DNA of 64,000 nt, from contig JBBIRR010000012.1 in NCBI GenBank assembly GCA_037441705.1, forward strand, positions 1-64,000, written 5' to 3'. This DNA is from Ignavibacteriales bacterium (GTDB taxonomy: Bacteria > Bacteroidota > Ignavibacteria > UBA10030 > UBA6906). Numbering within the stretch: position 1 is the stretch's first letter; each line of letters begins with the position of its first letter. Below the pieces are notes generated by a model that saw nothing but the letters and a program-made list of their open reading frames with translations, was not told the origin of the DNA and made no database searches. Made by a program: the position numbers and the translations under genes. Of this stretch, positions 1 to 9,881 are shown in pieces.

Positions 1-60
1 GAGGCGGATGTGGTGCGGGCGCTCGAAAGGCTGGTACGATACTAATCATTGGAGGTTACG

Positions 61-264
61 ATGAGACTCAAGGTTGTGTTAGAAGAAAGTGAAGATGGAG
101 GTTACACCGTGTATGTTCCCTCTCTTCCTGGATGCATCAGTGAAGGTGATTCAGTCGAGGAGGCGATGCGTAACATCCAGGAGGCAATAGAGCTGTACTT
201 AGAGCCTGTCGAGGATGATATAGTCATATCAGAGAAATCTCTTGTTCAGGAGATTGAAGTGTGA
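61..264 (+). CDS. HicB-family antitoxin (type II TA)
   Basis: MRLKVVLEESEDGGYTVYVPSLPGCISEGDSVEEAMRNIQEAIELYLE is a typical short HicB; GGAGG at 51-55 precedes ATG 61. Confidence 0.9.
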   Translation: MRLKVVLEESEDGGYTVYVPSLPGCISEGDSVEEAMRNIQEAIELYLEPVEDDIVISEKSLVQEIEV

Positions 265-487
265 GCAAAGTTCCGAGTCTACCCTTTGAGAAGATTGTAC
301 GGGCTCTTCAAAGAAACGGGTGGACTGTGGTTCGTCAAAAGGGGAGTCATATCAGACTGCAAAAGAGAATCGGTGACGAGGTTTGAAAATAACGGTGCCA
401 GCGCACAAGCCCGTGAAACGCTCAACGCTTTCTCATATTCAGAAACAGGCTCGCATTTCTAACGAAGAATTTCTCGATTTATTGTAG
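261..487 (+). pseudogene. HicA-family toxin, frameshifted (possible sequencing indel)
   Basis: GTG 261 overlaps the hicB stop. Reads SKVPSLPFEKIVRALQRNGWTVVRQKGSHIRL to TGA 384-386; the alternative frame continues LKITVPAHKPVKRSTLSHIQKQARISNEEFLDLL to TAG 487. One extra T in GTTTG at 381-385 restores it. Confidence 0.8.
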
Positions 488-1449
488 TGCGTCTGACACA
501 TCAAGACAAACAGAATCTCTACCGCTATCTTCTCCTTACGCGGGAAGTCGACAACGCCATCATCAAACTCTACAAACAGGGGAAGATGGTAGGCGGCGCG
601 TTCACGGGGTACGGGAATGAAGCGACCGCGGTGGGGAGTGCCTTTGCGCTTGAGCCGCAGGATTATCTCTTCCCGATGCACCGCGACCTGGGTGCGCATC
701 TTGTTAAGGGCCAGACGCTGCGTAATATTTTTCTCATGCAGCTCGGCCGCGCCGAAGGACTGGCTCGCGGGCGTGACGGCACCGGACACTATGCCGACCC
801 GTCGCGCCGCATCTACGGCAATGTCAGCCATCTTGCGGCGATGATCCCCATGGCCGTCGGTGTGGCGCTGGCGTCGAAGTTGAGAAAGGAAAATGCAGTG
901 GTCATGAACTACATCGGCGATGGCGGCAGCAACGTCGGAGAGTTTCATGAAGGCGTGAATATGGCGGCGGTAATGAAGCTGCCGTTTGTCCTGATTATCG
1001 AGAACAATCAGTTCGCCTACTCGACGCCTAACAACAAGCAATTTGCCGCGAACAAACTTTCCGACCGCGCCATAGGCTACGGCATTCCGGGCTGTACGAT
1101 TGACGGAACCGATGTCGAGCGCGTGTACGAGGTCTGCCGCGAAGCTGTTGAGCGAGCGCGGCAGGGCGAAGGCCCGACGTTGATCGAAACAATCACCATG
1201 CGGATGCATGGACACTCGCTTTCGGACGACGCGTCGTATGTTCCGAAAGGAATGGTTGAAGAGTGGAAGAAGAAAGACCCGGTTTTGCTGTACGAACGGA
1301 AACTTCTCGCCGAAGGCCTTCTGACTGAGTCGCTGAAAAATGAAATGCACTCGGCAATCTTGAAAGAGATCGAATCGGCTGTGGAGTACGCGCTGGCGCA
1401 ACCATATCCACCCGGCGAGCAGGCGATAGAGGGGGTGTTTGCACAATGA
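487..1449 (+). CDS. 2-oxoacid dehydrogenase E1 alpha subunit (pyruvate or branched-chain)
   Basis: TPP motif GDGGSNVGEFHEG...ENN and RMHGHSLSDD loop; clustered with E1b, E2 and lipA. Confidence 0.92.
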   Translation: MRLTHQDKQNLYRYLLLTREVDNAIIKLYKQGKMVGGAFTGYGNEATAVGSAFALEPQDYLFPMHRDLGAHLVKGQTLRNIFLMQLGRAEGLARGRDGTGHYADPSRRIYGNVSHLAAMIPMAVGVALASKLRKENAVVMNYIGDGGSNVGEFHEGVNMAAVMKLPFVLIIENNQFAYSTPNNKQFAANKLSDRAIGYGIPGCTIDGTDVERVYEVCREAVERARQGEGPTLIETITMRMHGHSLSDDASYVPKGMVEEWKKKDPVLLYERKLLAEGLLTESLKNEMHSAILKEIESAVEYALAQPYPPGEQAIEGVFAQ

Positions 1450-1595
1450 CGATGAGATGGACTCAGGTTCGAGCCGTGAGGGTTTGCTTGGAGCACTTGC
1501 AAACGCTAACTTAGTCACACGCCATCTTTCGTTTGCCGTGAGAAGAAACAGGGCATAACCCAACGGTTTCGGGTAAATAAAGTTAAGGTGAAACT

Positions 1596-1817
1596 ATGTC
1601 CCATCAAGTTGTCGTGACACTCGATTTGCCATCGGACCTTGAGAAGTTCTCTTTGCCCGAAGGTGTCAACGAGCGTCTTCAAGAGTTGCTCGACAAGCAA
1701 GATCAGACAGGTACCCTTACAGCATCGGAACGCAAGGAAGCGGAAGGGCTTGTCAACCTGGCTGAACTTCTGTCTTTGTTGAAATTACGGGCACAACGAG
1801 TTTCTGGCGAAGGATAG
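1596..1817 (+). CDS. Small hypothetical protein, partner of the downstream HNH gene (antitoxin-like)
   Basis: 73-aa helical ORF (RLQELLDKQ...LTASERKEAEGLV) with AAGGTG SD, 2 nt upstream of the HNH gene. Confidence 0.65.
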   Translation: MSHQVVVTLDLPSDLEKFSLPEGVNERLQELLDKQDQTGTLTASERKEAEGLVNLAELLSLLKLRAQRVSGEG

Positions 1818-1819
1818 CA

Positions 1820-2135
1820 ATGAGCTATCTTCCCGAAGAACTGCGTCAGGAGGTTGTTGAACGAGCTGGTAATCGGTGCGAATGCTGCGGGTTGTCACAA
1901 GCCGGACAGGAAGCGACGTTTCATGTTGATCATGTCGTGCCCACTTTTGTTGGTGGGCGAACGGTTGTGGAAAACCTTGCCCTTGCCTGTGTCTCGATGG
2001 GATGGTGTTCTTCTTGTGGGTGTTACTCCAACAGGTCGAGCCACAATTGAAGCGCTCAATATGAATCGCGAGCAGATTCTCCATATACGTGAAGAGGAAG
2101 CAAGAGTAGGTCGTCATCCACATCTCCCGCACTAA
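1820..2135 (+). pseudogene. HNH endonuclease with internal deletion and frameshift
   Basis: RAGNRCECCG...FHVDHVVP...GG...NLALACVS stops matching at about 1995; the typical C-terminus RWDG...GVTPTGRATIEALNMN resumes in another frame; the second CxxC/Asn segment is missing. Confidence 0.75.
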
Positions 2136-2151
2136 GAGCGCAAACGTTTGT

Positions 2152-3129
2152 ATGGCAATCTATACCTACATCGAGGCCCTGTCGAAAGCCATGTGGGAAG
2201 AAATGGAACGTGACCCGTCGGTGTTTCTTATCGGCGAGGACATCGGCGTGTATGGTGGAGCATTCAAAGCCACGAAAGGCTTTCTGCAACACTTCGGCGA
2301 AGAGCGGGTGATCGACTCCGTGTTGTCCGAAGCGGCGATCATTGGAGCGGCGGCGGGTGCTGCCGTCGTCGGTATGCGTCCGATCGTCGAGATTCAGTTC
2401 GCGGATTTCGTCTCATGCGGATTCAATCAAATCGTTACCAACTGTGCGAAGATCCACTATCGCTGGAACCTCCCCGTCCCGATGGTGATTCGCCTGCCAA
2501 ACGGCGGTTACATACGCGGCGGCCCGTATCACTCCTCGAGCACGGAGGCGTGGTTTCATCATTTCCCCGGATTGAAGCTCGTCGCTCCTTCCACTCCCGC
2601 TGATGCAAAAGGGCTGATGAAGGCGGCGGTGCGAGATAACAACCCCGTGCTGTTTTTTGAATCGAAATATCTCTATCGTCGCATCAAAGGAGAAGTGCCT
2701 GAAGGAGAATACGTCGTCCCGATCGGCAAAGCAGACGTGAAGCGAACAGGCTCGGACATTGCCCTGATTACCTACGGTTCGACCGTTCACTTTTCGTTGG
2801 AGGCGGCGCATGTGCTGGCACAAGAAGACGGGGTAGAAGTGTTGGTGCTGGACCTGCGAACACTTGTCCCGCTCGATCAGGATGCGATCCTGGATGCGGT
2901 GAAGGCAACAGGAAAAGTTCTTATCGTTCATGAGGACAATGTTACCGGAGGCATCGGCGGTGAGATTGCCGCGCTGATTGCCGATCGCGCATTCCCGTAT
3001 CTGGACGCACCGATTCGGCGTCTCGGCGCGCTCGATGTTCCCGTCCCGTTCGCACCGACGCTGGAAGATTTCGTTCTTCCGAATACAAACAAGATCGTGA
3101 AAGCGCTGCGAGAGTTGGCGGCGTTTTAG
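2152..3129 (+). CDS. 2-oxoacid dehydrogenase E1 beta subunit
   Basis: GEDIGVYGGAFKAT, EIQFADF, DLRTLVPLD motifs. Confidence 0.93.
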   Translation: MAIYTYIEALSKAMWEEMERDPSVFLIGEDIGVYGGAFKATKGFLQHFGEERVIDSVLSEAAIIGAAAGAAVVGMRPIVEIQFADFVSCGFNQIVTNCAKIHYRWNLPVPMVIRLPNGGYIRGGPYHSSSTEAWFHHFPGLKLVAPSTPADAKGLMKAAVRDNNPVLFFESKYLYRRIKGEVPEGEYVVPIGKADVKRTGSDIALITYGSTVHFSLEAAHVLAQEDGVEVLVLDLRTLVPLDQDAILDAVKATGKVLIVHEDNVTGGIGGEIAALIADRAFPYLDAPIRRLGALDVPVPFAPTLEDFVLPNTNKIVKALRELAAF

Positions 3130-3187
3130 TTTTTGCAGGGAGAATTTGTTGAGTTCGTAGAGTGCATTTATTACCGAAGGATAACAC

Positions 3188-4531
3188 ATGGCACGAGTAG
3201 AAGTCGTCATGCCGCAGATGGGCGAAAGCATTGCTGAAGGCACGATCATCAAGTGGCACAAGAAAATCGGTGATGTGGTGAAGAAGGATGAAACCCTTTT
3301 GGAGATCAGCACCGACAAGGTGGACTCCGAAATTCCCTCGCCTGCATCGGGTCGGCTTGTCGAAATCGTTGTGCAGGAGCAGCAAACCGTTCCCGTGCGG
3401 ACGGTGATTGCCTATCTCGAAACCGAAGCGGCGGCAGCAGTTGAAGAGCCGGCAGCACCAACCCCGCCACCGGCGCAGCCCCGTCCGACGGAAGCGCCCG
3501 CATCAGCAGCACCTCCGATGGTAAAGCCGCTTGCTGCGCCCGCTTCCGGTCGGTTCTACACGCCCCTGGTGCTGAACATCGCGCGCGAGGAAGGGATTTC
3601 GATGCAGGAGTTGGAATCTGTACCGGGCACGGGTGAGGGCGGGCGTGTGTCGAAGAAGGACATTCTCGCGTATGTTGCGGCGAAGAAAGCGGGAACCATT
3701 GCGGCGCCGACGCCGAAGCCGGCAGTGGCGCCTGCACCGTCGGTTGCTCATGCTGCGAAAGTCCCGGCTCCCCCTTCCGTTCTTCAAGTCGGAAAGCCTG
3801 TCGAAGTTCCCGAACTGCGCGCAAAGTATCCCGCGCCTCAGCACGAGATTATTCAAATGAGCAACGTGCTGCAGAAGATGGCCGAGCACATGGTGAAGAG
3901 CGTGCATACCTCGCCGCACGTTGCTGCCGTCCACGAAGTGGATATGACACGCATCGTGCAGCATCGTCAAGCCAACGCCGCGGCGTTTGAAGCCCGAGAA
4001 GGATTCAAACTCACCTACACGCCGTACATCGTGCAAGCCGTCGTCAAGGCAATTAAAAAGTATCCCCTGATCAACACGTCGATCGAGGGAGACAAGATTA
4101 TCAAGAAGAACTACATCAATCTCGGCATCGCCGTCGCATCGGAAAACGGGTTGATTGTTCCGGTCATCAAGAATGCCGAAGAGAAGAACTTCCTCGGTCT
4201 GGCACGGGCCGTCAACGATCTTGCTGTTCGCACGCGGACGAAGAAGCTCACGCCGGACGATATTACCGGAGGGACGTTTACCATCTCGAATTACGGCGTC
4301 TTCGGAACGCTGATTGGCACACCCATCATCAACCAGCCGCAGGTTGCCATCCTCGGAACCGGAGCAATCAAGAAGCGAGTGGTGGTGGTGGATGATATGA
4401 TTGCTATTCGTTCGATGGCATTCTTTACGATGTCGTTCGATCACCGCATTGTTGACGGTGCACTCGGCGGGATGTTTCTCGAAGAGGTTGTGAAGGAGTT
4501 GGAAGAGTTTGATACGAGCATGACGTTTTGA
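3188..4531 (+). CDS. 2-oxoacid dehydrogenase E2, dihydrolipoamide acyltransferase
   Basis: One lipoyl domain (EISTDKVDSEIPSP), Pro/Ala linker, E3-binding GTGEGGRVSKKD, catalytic FDHRIVDG. Confidence 0.93.
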   Translation: MARVEVVMPQMGESIAEGTIIKWHKKIGDVVKKDETLLEISTDKVDSEIPSPASGRLVEIVVQEQQTVPVRTVIAYLETEAAAAVEEPAAPTPPPAQPRPTEAPASAAPPMVKPLAAPASGRFYTPLVLNIAREEGISMQELESVPGTGEGGRVSKKDILAYVAAKKAGTIAAPTPKPAVAPAPSVAHAAKVPAPPSVLQVGKPVEVPELRAKYPAPQHEIIQMSNVLQKMAEHMVKSVHTSPHVAAVHEVDMTRIVQHRQANAAAFEAREGFKLTYTPYIVQAVVKAIKKYPLINTSIEGDKIIKKNYINLGIAVASENGLIVPVIKNAEEKNFLGLARAVNDLAVRTRTKKLTPDDITGGTFTISNYGVFGTLIGTPIINQPQVAILGTGAIKKRVVVVDDMIAIRSMAFFTMSFDHRIVDGALGGMFLEEVVKELEEFDTSMTF

Positions 4532-4537
4532 AGAGCG

Positions 4538-5443
4538 ATGGAATTCGTTATTCAAGAAATCCCTGTTGAAGCTCCTCGCCCATCCAAACCGGATTGGCTG
4601 AAGGTCAGAATTCCGGCGGGTGAAGAGTTCGCCCGGCTGAAGAACCTGATGCGCGGACAGAATCTTCACACCGTGTGCGAAGAAGCGCGCTGTCCGAACG
4701 TGGCGGAATGCTGGAACGCCGGCACGGCAACGTTCATGATCCTCGGCGATGTCTGTACACGCTCCTGCGGGTTCTGCAACGTCAAGACAGGCAGGCCGAC
4801 ATGGCTGGACAAGGACGAACCGCGCCGGGTTGCCGAGGCAATCCGTGCAATGGGCGTGCGGCACGCTGTGATCACCTCCGTCAATCGTGATGAGTTGCCC
4901 GATGGGGGAGCCGAAATGTTTGCCGAAACCATTCGACAGGCGCGTGCAATGAATCCAGGAATCACCATCGAAGTCCTCATTCCGGATTTTCAGGGAGAGC
5001 GTTGGGCGTTGGAGATCGTTCTCAACGAGAGACCCGACATTCTCAATCACAACACGGAAACCGTCCCGCGCCTGTATCGCAAGGTCCGACCGCAGGCGAA
5101 GTACGAACGTTCGCTTCAGGTCATTCGCCGGTCGAAGGAAGCAGGTATGCTGACCAAGAGCGGCATCATGGTGGGCCTGGGAGAGACCGCCGATGAAGTG
5201 TTGTGTGTGATGAAGGACCTGCGCTCTGCGGGCTGCGACATCATGACGATCGGTCAATATCTGCAGCCGACAACTGCCCATCTTCCTGTTGATCGATACG
5301 TCTCGCTCGAAGAGTTTGCGAGGTACAAACTCGAAGGGTTGGCGATGGGCTTCATGCAAGTTGAATCGGGCCCATTGGTTCGAAGTTCGTATCACGCCGA
5401 GCGCCACGCAGCATTAAGCGGTCTTAATCGGACAATCCGTTGA
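4538..5443 (+). CDS. lipA: Lipoyl synthase
   Basis: [12 protein letters not shown], radical [12 protein letters not shown]-terminal VRSSY. Confidence 0.97.
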   Translation: MEFVIQEIPVEAPRPSKPDWLKVRIPAGEEFARLKNLMRGQNLHTVCEEARCPNVAECWNAGTATFMILGDVCTRSCGFCNVKTGRPTWLDKDEPRRVAEAIRAMGVRHAVITSVNRDELPDGGAEMFAETIRQARAMNPGITIEVLIPDFQGERWALEIVLNERPDILNHNTETVPRLYRKVRPQAKYERSLQVIRRSKEAGMLTKSGIMVGLGETADEVLCVMKDLRSAGCDIMTIGQYLQPTTAHLPVDRYVSLEEFARYKLEGLAMGFMQVESGPLVRSSYHAERHAALSGLNRTIR

Positions 5444-5521
5444 TTGTTTGTCTCCTTTTGGCTAAATTTTGTAACTTTTGAACCGAGGATTTTCATCTCT
5501 TTCGTACAGGAGAACGATTAC

Positions 5522-5959
5522 GTGGACAAACTAACCAGGTATTTCAAGACATCCGACACGACCCAGAAATGGCATCTGGTGGATGCCGGAGGCCAGACAT
5601 TGGGGAGAGTGGCTTCGCAAGTTGCAAAGTTGCTGCGGGGCAAGCACAAACCACAGTTCACTCCCAACGCAGATCTCGGTGACTTCGTTGTGGTGATCAA
5701 CGCAGCCAACGTGAAGCTGACGGGCAAGCGAGCTGAGTTAAAGGAGTATTTCCATTATACAGGCTACCCGGGCGGAGCGACGTTCGAGAAGTTTCAGGAT
5801 GTGTTGAAGAAGAATCCTCAGCGTGTGTTCGAACATGCTGTGAAGGGCATGCTGCCGCACAACCGGTTGGGCCGCCGGATTATCAAAAAGCTGAAAGTGT
5901 ACGCGGGCGCCGAGCATCCCCATGCTGCCCAGCGTCCTGAAACGTTCAAGCTCAACTAA
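5522..5959 (+). CDS. rplM: 50S ribosomal protein L13
   Basis: WHLVDAGGQTLGRVASQVAKLLRGKHKPQFTP; GTG 5522 after AGGAG. Confidence 0.96.
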   Translation: MDKLTRYFKTSDTTQKWHLVDAGGQTLGRVASQVAKLLRGKHKPQFTPNADLGDFVVVINAANVKLTGKRAELKEYFHYTGYPGGATFEKFQDVLKKNPQRVFEHAVKGMLPHNRLGRRIIKKLKVYAGAEHPHAAQRPETFKLN

Positions 5960-5980
5960 CGACAGGAGTGCAATTCGCTC

Positions 5981-6376
5981 ATGCAACATGCTCACAGGGT
6001 TCTCTCGGTAGGTCGCCGCAAGACATCGGTCGCGCGCGCAATTCTTACTCCCGGCACCGGCAAAATTCTTATCAACAAGAAGCCGATGGAAGACTACTTC
6101 CCGTTAGCAACTTTGCGTCAGGAAGTGATGAAGCCGTTTGAGGTGACACAAACATCGGGCAAGTACGATGCGTACGTTACGGTGGAGGGAGGCGGCACGA
6201 CCGGGCAGGCCGGAGCAATCAAGCTTGCCATTGCCCGTTCGCTGGTAGAGGTAAACGAAGAAAATCGCGCACCCCTGCGGAAGGAGGGCTTGCTCACGCG
6301 CGATCCTCGGATGGTTGAACGTAAGAAGTACGGCCAGAAGAAAGCGCGCAAGAGATTCCAGTTCTCAAAGCGATAA
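5981..6376 (+). CDS. rpsI: 30S ribosomal protein S9
   Basis: GRRKTSVAR ... [19 protein letters not shown]. Confidence 0.97.
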   Translation: MQHAHRVLSVGRRKTSVARAILTPGTGKILINKKPMEDYFPLATLRQEVMKPFEVTQTSGKYDAYVTVEGGGTTGQAGAIKLAIARSLVEVNEENRAPLRKEGLLTRDPRMVERKKYGQKKARKRFQFSKR

Positions 6377-6405
6377 GCAGAGCTGTTCGGAATCTGCAGC
6401 TCGTC

Positions 6406-6608
6406 TCTTGGGAGTTTGTTTTTGGCATTTGACTCCTGGAGTTCATTTGCAATTTTTGGCTTGTCTGTTAGAGCTTGTTTGTAATTTGGGATTTGACTCT
6501 TGGAGTTTCCTCAGGGATTTGTTTAGGATTTGGCCTTTGTAGTTTGTTTTCAAATTCCAGCTTGAGTATTGGAGTTTGTTTGTAATTTGGATTTTGGGTA
6601 TTGGAACT
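6406..6608. repeat. Degenerate G/T-rich tandem repeat tract
   Basis: Exact copies TTGTTTGTAATTTGG at 6475-6489 and 6576-6590; ATTTGACTC(C/T)TGGAGTT at 6427-6443 and 6491-6507; strong T/G strand bias. Confidence 0.75.
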
Positions 6609-6611
6609 TAA

Positions 6612-6690
6612 CCAAACATACCTTCGGATTCTGCCGCGAGTGTCTTGCCATCAGGGCAAGATAACGGCAGAAGATGAAGAAGGTAGACGA
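6612..6690 (+). ncRNA. Structured rpsB 5' leader (t44/S2-leader-like position)
   Basis: Nested stems TACCTTC/GAAGGTA, TTCTGCCG/CGGCAGAA and TCTTGCC/GGCAAGA directly upstream of rpsB. Confidence 0.55.
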
Positions 6691-6718
6691 TCAAACTCAA
6701 CATAAAGGAAGAATCACC

Positions 6719-7486
6719 ATGCCACGCGTAGAAGTTGCCGAGTTGCTGGCAGCAGGCTGCCATTTCGGCCACCTTACCCGCCGATGGAATCCCAAGATGA
6801 AACCGTACATTTTCATGGAGCGGAACGGGATTCACATCATCGACCTCATGAAGACCCGCGATTTGCTCGATGAAGCCTGTAACGCCATCGCGAACCTCGT
6901 TGCCGATGGGAAACGGGTGCTCTTTGTTGGGACCAAGAAACAGGCCAGCGAGATTATCAAGGCAGAGGCTCTCCGCTGCGGACAGTTTTATGTCGACCAG
7001 CGGTGGCTGGGCGGGTGTCTGACGAACTTCACCACCATCCGCAAGAGCGTGAAGCGGCTAACGAACATCGAGAAAATGGAGACGGACGGCACCTTTGACA
7101 AGATTACGAAAAAGGAAGCTCTCTTCCTGACGCGCGAAAAAGAAAAACTCAGCAGTGTCCTTTCGGGTGTCGTGGATATGACGCGGCTTCCGGGGGCACT
7201 GTATGTGGTGGACGTGAAAAAGGAAGCGATTGCCGTAAAAGAAGCAAACCGTCTCGGTATCCCCGTGTTCGCTATCGTCGACACGAACTGCAGTCCGGAA
7301 GGGATTGATTACATCATTCCGGCAAACGATGACGCGATGAAGTCAATCCAGATTATTACAAAAGCGATTGCGGATGCCGTGCTGGAAGGAAAAGAACGGG
7401 CCGCTGCTCGACAGATGGAAATGGCGGTGGAAAACGAAGCAAAGTCGAAAGAGCCGGCGGAAGAAAAGGCTGCGCTCAGCTCATGA
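6719..7486 (+). CDS. rpsB: 30S ribosomal protein S2
   Basis: [35 protein letters not shown]; ATG 6719 after AAAGGA. Confidence 0.97.
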   Translation: MPRVEVAELLAAGCHFGHLTRRWNPKMKPYIFMERNGIHIIDLMKTRDLLDEACNAIANLVADGKRVLFVGTKKQASEIIKAEALRCGQFYVDQRWLGGCLTNFTTIRKSVKRLTNIEKMETDGTFDKITKKEALFLTREKEKLSSVLSGVVDMTRLPGALYVVDVKKEAIAVKEANRLGIPVFAIVDTNCSPEGIDYIIPANDDAMKSIQIITKAIADAVLEGKERAAARQMEMAVENEAKSKEPAEEKAALSS

Positions 7487-7522
7487 CATGTGGAATCAAG
7501 AAAAGAAACTGAAGTGGATGTT

Positions 7523-8386
7523 ATGGAAATTACCAGTGCAATGATTAAGGACCTCCGGGAGCGAACCGGCGCAGGCATGATGGACTGCAAGCGCGCGCTC
7601 GAAGCCTCGCAAGGCAACATCAACGCGGCGATTGAGTATCTCCGGAAGAAAGGTGCCGCTGCCGGGGCGAAACGGGCCGATCGCTCGGCAAAAGAGGGCA
7701 TGATTGTCACCCGCCTGGCGAGTGATCGCAAAAGCGGCGTGCTTGTGGAAGTGAACTGCGAAACCGATTTCGTGGGACGGAGCGAGGACTTCGCTGCATT
7801 CGCCCGGACGGTTGCGGATGCTGTTGCGCATCATCGCCCCAGCGGCGTTGACGCGTTGATGGCCGCAACGGTCAACGGCAAAAAACTCTCCGAGCTGCAC
7901 AACGATTTGCTTGCCAAGGTGGGAGAGAAGGTAGAGGTTCGGCGCTTCACGATCTTCGAATCGAGCGACGGTGTGGTGAGCGGCTATACGCATCTCGGCA
8001 ACAGAATCGGAGTGCTGGTCGAGATGATCGGGATCGGGCCGGATGCAACCGATACGGGCGTTGGGCGCGATGTTGCAATGCAAATCGCTGCAATGAATCC
8101 GTTAGTCGTTTCGCGCGATCAGATCGACAGGACGTTGATCGATCGCGAGCTGGATATCTATCGCACGCAGGCTGCCAATGAAGGAAAGCCGGCCGCCATT
8201 GCCGAGAAAATTGCTGCAGGACGTCTTGAAAAGTACTATCAGGAAGTCGTTCTTCTGGAACAGACGTTCATCAAAGATTCCGGCAAAACCATCAAGGACT
8301 ATCTTGCGGAAGCCGAGAAGGTCACAGGGCGGCCGGTGGTGATCAAGCGCTTCCAGCGGTACCATCTCGGTGAGGAAGCAAAGTAA
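7523..8386 (+). CDS. tsf: Elongation factor Ts
   Basis: [28 protein letters not shown]. Confidence 0.97.
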   Translation: MEITSAMIKDLRERTGAGMMDCKRALEASQGNINAAIEYLRKKGAAAGAKRADRSAKEGMIVTRLASDRKSGVLVEVNCETDFVGRSEDFAAFARTVADAVAHHRPSGVDALMAATVNGKKLSELHNDLLAKVGEKVEVRRFTIFESSDGVVSGYTHLGNRIGVLVEMIGIGPDATDTGVGRDVAMQIAAMNPLVVSRDQIDRTLIDRELDIYRTQAANEGKPAAIAEKIAAGRLEKYYQEVVLLEQTFIKDSGKTIKDYLAEAEKVTGRPVVIKRFQRYHLGEEAK

Positions 8387-8391
8387 AGCGC

Positions 8392-8420
8392 ATGTCCCCG
8401 CTGCGGGGACATTTTTTTTT
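8392..8420 (+). terminator. Rho-independent terminator after tsf
   Basis: ATGTCCCCG-ctg-CGGGGACAT followed by a T run. Confidence 0.85.
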
Positions 8421-8444
8421 GCATCAGCAGAAGGTCCACGAACA

Positions 8445-9173
8445 ATGAGCAAACCGCAATACCGCCGCATTCTCCTCAAGCTGAGCGGCGAAGCGCTCAT
8501 GGGAGATCAACAGTTCGGCATCGATCCCGGAGTGCTCAAGCGATACTCCATCGAGATTAAGGCGGTCCACGAATTGGGCGTGCAGATCGGCATCGTGATA
8601 GGCGGGGGCAACATCTACCGCGGCGTCTCCAATTCATCCGATAACATCGACAAAGTAACGGGCGACCACATGGGGATGCTCGCGACGCTTATCAATGCGT
8701 TGGCGTTACAGAGCGCCCTTGAGCACCAGGGGCTTGTCACGCGTCTCGTCTCTGCGATCCGCATGGAGGTGATTGCCGAACCGTTCATCAGGCGTCGGGC
8801 TGTCCGCCATCTTGAAAAGGACCGAATCGTGATCTTTGGCGCAGGCACCGGCAATCCCTACTTCACCACCGATACGGCCGCTGCACTGCGCGCCGTCGAA
8901 ATCGAAGCCGATGCTATCCTCAAAGGTACGCGCGTCGACGGCGTGTATGATTCCGATCCGGAAAAGAATCCCAACGCCATCAAGTTTCCCGAGATCTCCT
9001 ATCTCGATGTCCTGCGCAAGAATCTGAGCGTCATGGACATGACGGCGATAACCCTCTGTCGCGAAAACAAGCTTCCTATCCTTGTGTTCAACATGAACAA
9101 GCCGGGAAACCTCAAACGACTGATTCTGGGAGAAGAGGTCGGGACCAGAGTGGTTGAGGCTTCCTCTGTCTAG
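8445..9173 (+). CDS. pyrH: UMP kinase
   Basis: [35 protein letters not shown]. Confidence 0.97.
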   Translation: MSKPQYRRILLKLSGEALMGDQQFGIDPGVLKRYSIEIKAVHELGVQIGIVIGGGNIYRGVSNSSDNIDKVTGDHMGMLATLINALALQSALEHQGLVTRLVSAIRMEVIAEPFIRRRAVRHLEKDRIVIFGAGTGNPYFTTDTAAALRAVEIEADAILKGTRVDGVYDSDPEKNPNAIKFPEISYLDVLRKNLSVMDMTAITLCRENKLPILVFNMNKPGNLKRLILGEEVGTRVVEASSV

Positions 9174-9197
9174 CATGAACATCTGCGAGGAACAAGC

Positions 9198-9755
9198 ATG
9201 ATCAAAGATATCTTAAGAGACACCGATGCGCGCATGCACAAGGCAATCGAAGTCGTTCGCCAGGAACTCGTCAAACTCCGCACCGGAAAGGCCACAACAA
9301 CCTTGCTGGACAATATCCGCGTGGATTACTACGGAACGCAAACTCCTCTGAATCAGGTCGGCAATGTCAGCGTTGCCGATATCCACACGCTCACGGTCAC
9401 ACCGTGGGATAAGAGCATGCTCGATGCTATCGTCAAGGCCATTCAGATGGCAAACTTGGGTCTGAATCCTGTGAAGGACGCTGACCTTGTTCGTATCCCG
9501 ATACCGCCGCTCAACGAAGAGCGCAGACGCGAGCTTGTAAAATTAGCAAAGAAGTTCGGTGAGGATGGGAAGATCGCCATCCGCAACATCCGCCGGGATG
9601 CCATCGAGCATCTGAAGAAGGCCGAAAAGGCCGAGCATCTCTCCGAGGATGATCGCAAGCGAGGAGAGGCAGAAATCCAGAAACTGACCGACAAGTCCGT
9701 CAAGGAGATTGACACGCTTCTCGCGCACAAGGAAAAAGAGATCATGGAGGTCTAA
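9198..9755 (+). CDS. frr: Ribosome recycling factor
   Basis: LRTGKA, VDYYG, PPLNEERRRELVK, IRNIRRD. Confidence 0.97.
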   Translation: MIKDILRDTDARMHKAIEVVRQELVKLRTGKATTTLLDNIRVDYYGTQTPLNQVGNVSVADIHTLTVTPWDKSMLDAIVKAIQMANLGLNPVKDADLVRIPIPPLNEERRRELVKLAKKFGEDGKIAIRNIRRDAIEHLKKAEKAEHLSEDDRKRGEAEIQKLTDKSVKEIDTLLAHKEKEIMEV

Positions 9756-9773
9756 GCACATCCCACCGAAGCG

Positions 9774-9802
9774 ACGCCGGCTCGTGCCGGCGTTCGCATT
9801 TC
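9774..9802 (+). terminator. Possible terminator hairpin after frr
   Basis: ACGCCGGC-tcgt-GCCGGCGT with a weak U tail. Confidence 0.4.
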
Positions 9803-9881
9803 GTGACACGCAACATCAGCAGCCCGCACGTCGTACTACGAGGTGGAATGCGAACCCACTCAACACACAGCGAGGTGCATC

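Noticed and set aside
1-45. EADVVRALERLVRY*, resembling a HicA N-terminal fragment
   Set aside because: Too short and cut by the window edge to call.
3503-5407. 634-aa minus-strand ORF (likewise 20546-22597 and 23458-24894)
   Set aside because: Antisense shadows of well-supported genes, expected from codon bias in GC-rich DNA.
4538-5443. lipA as a dedicated partner of the GcvH-like proteins
   Set aside because: It is 40 kb away and fully explained by the adjacent lipoyl-bearing E2.
6406-6608. CRISPR array
   Set aside because: Units are degenerate and abutting, with no unique spacers of constant length and no cas genes.
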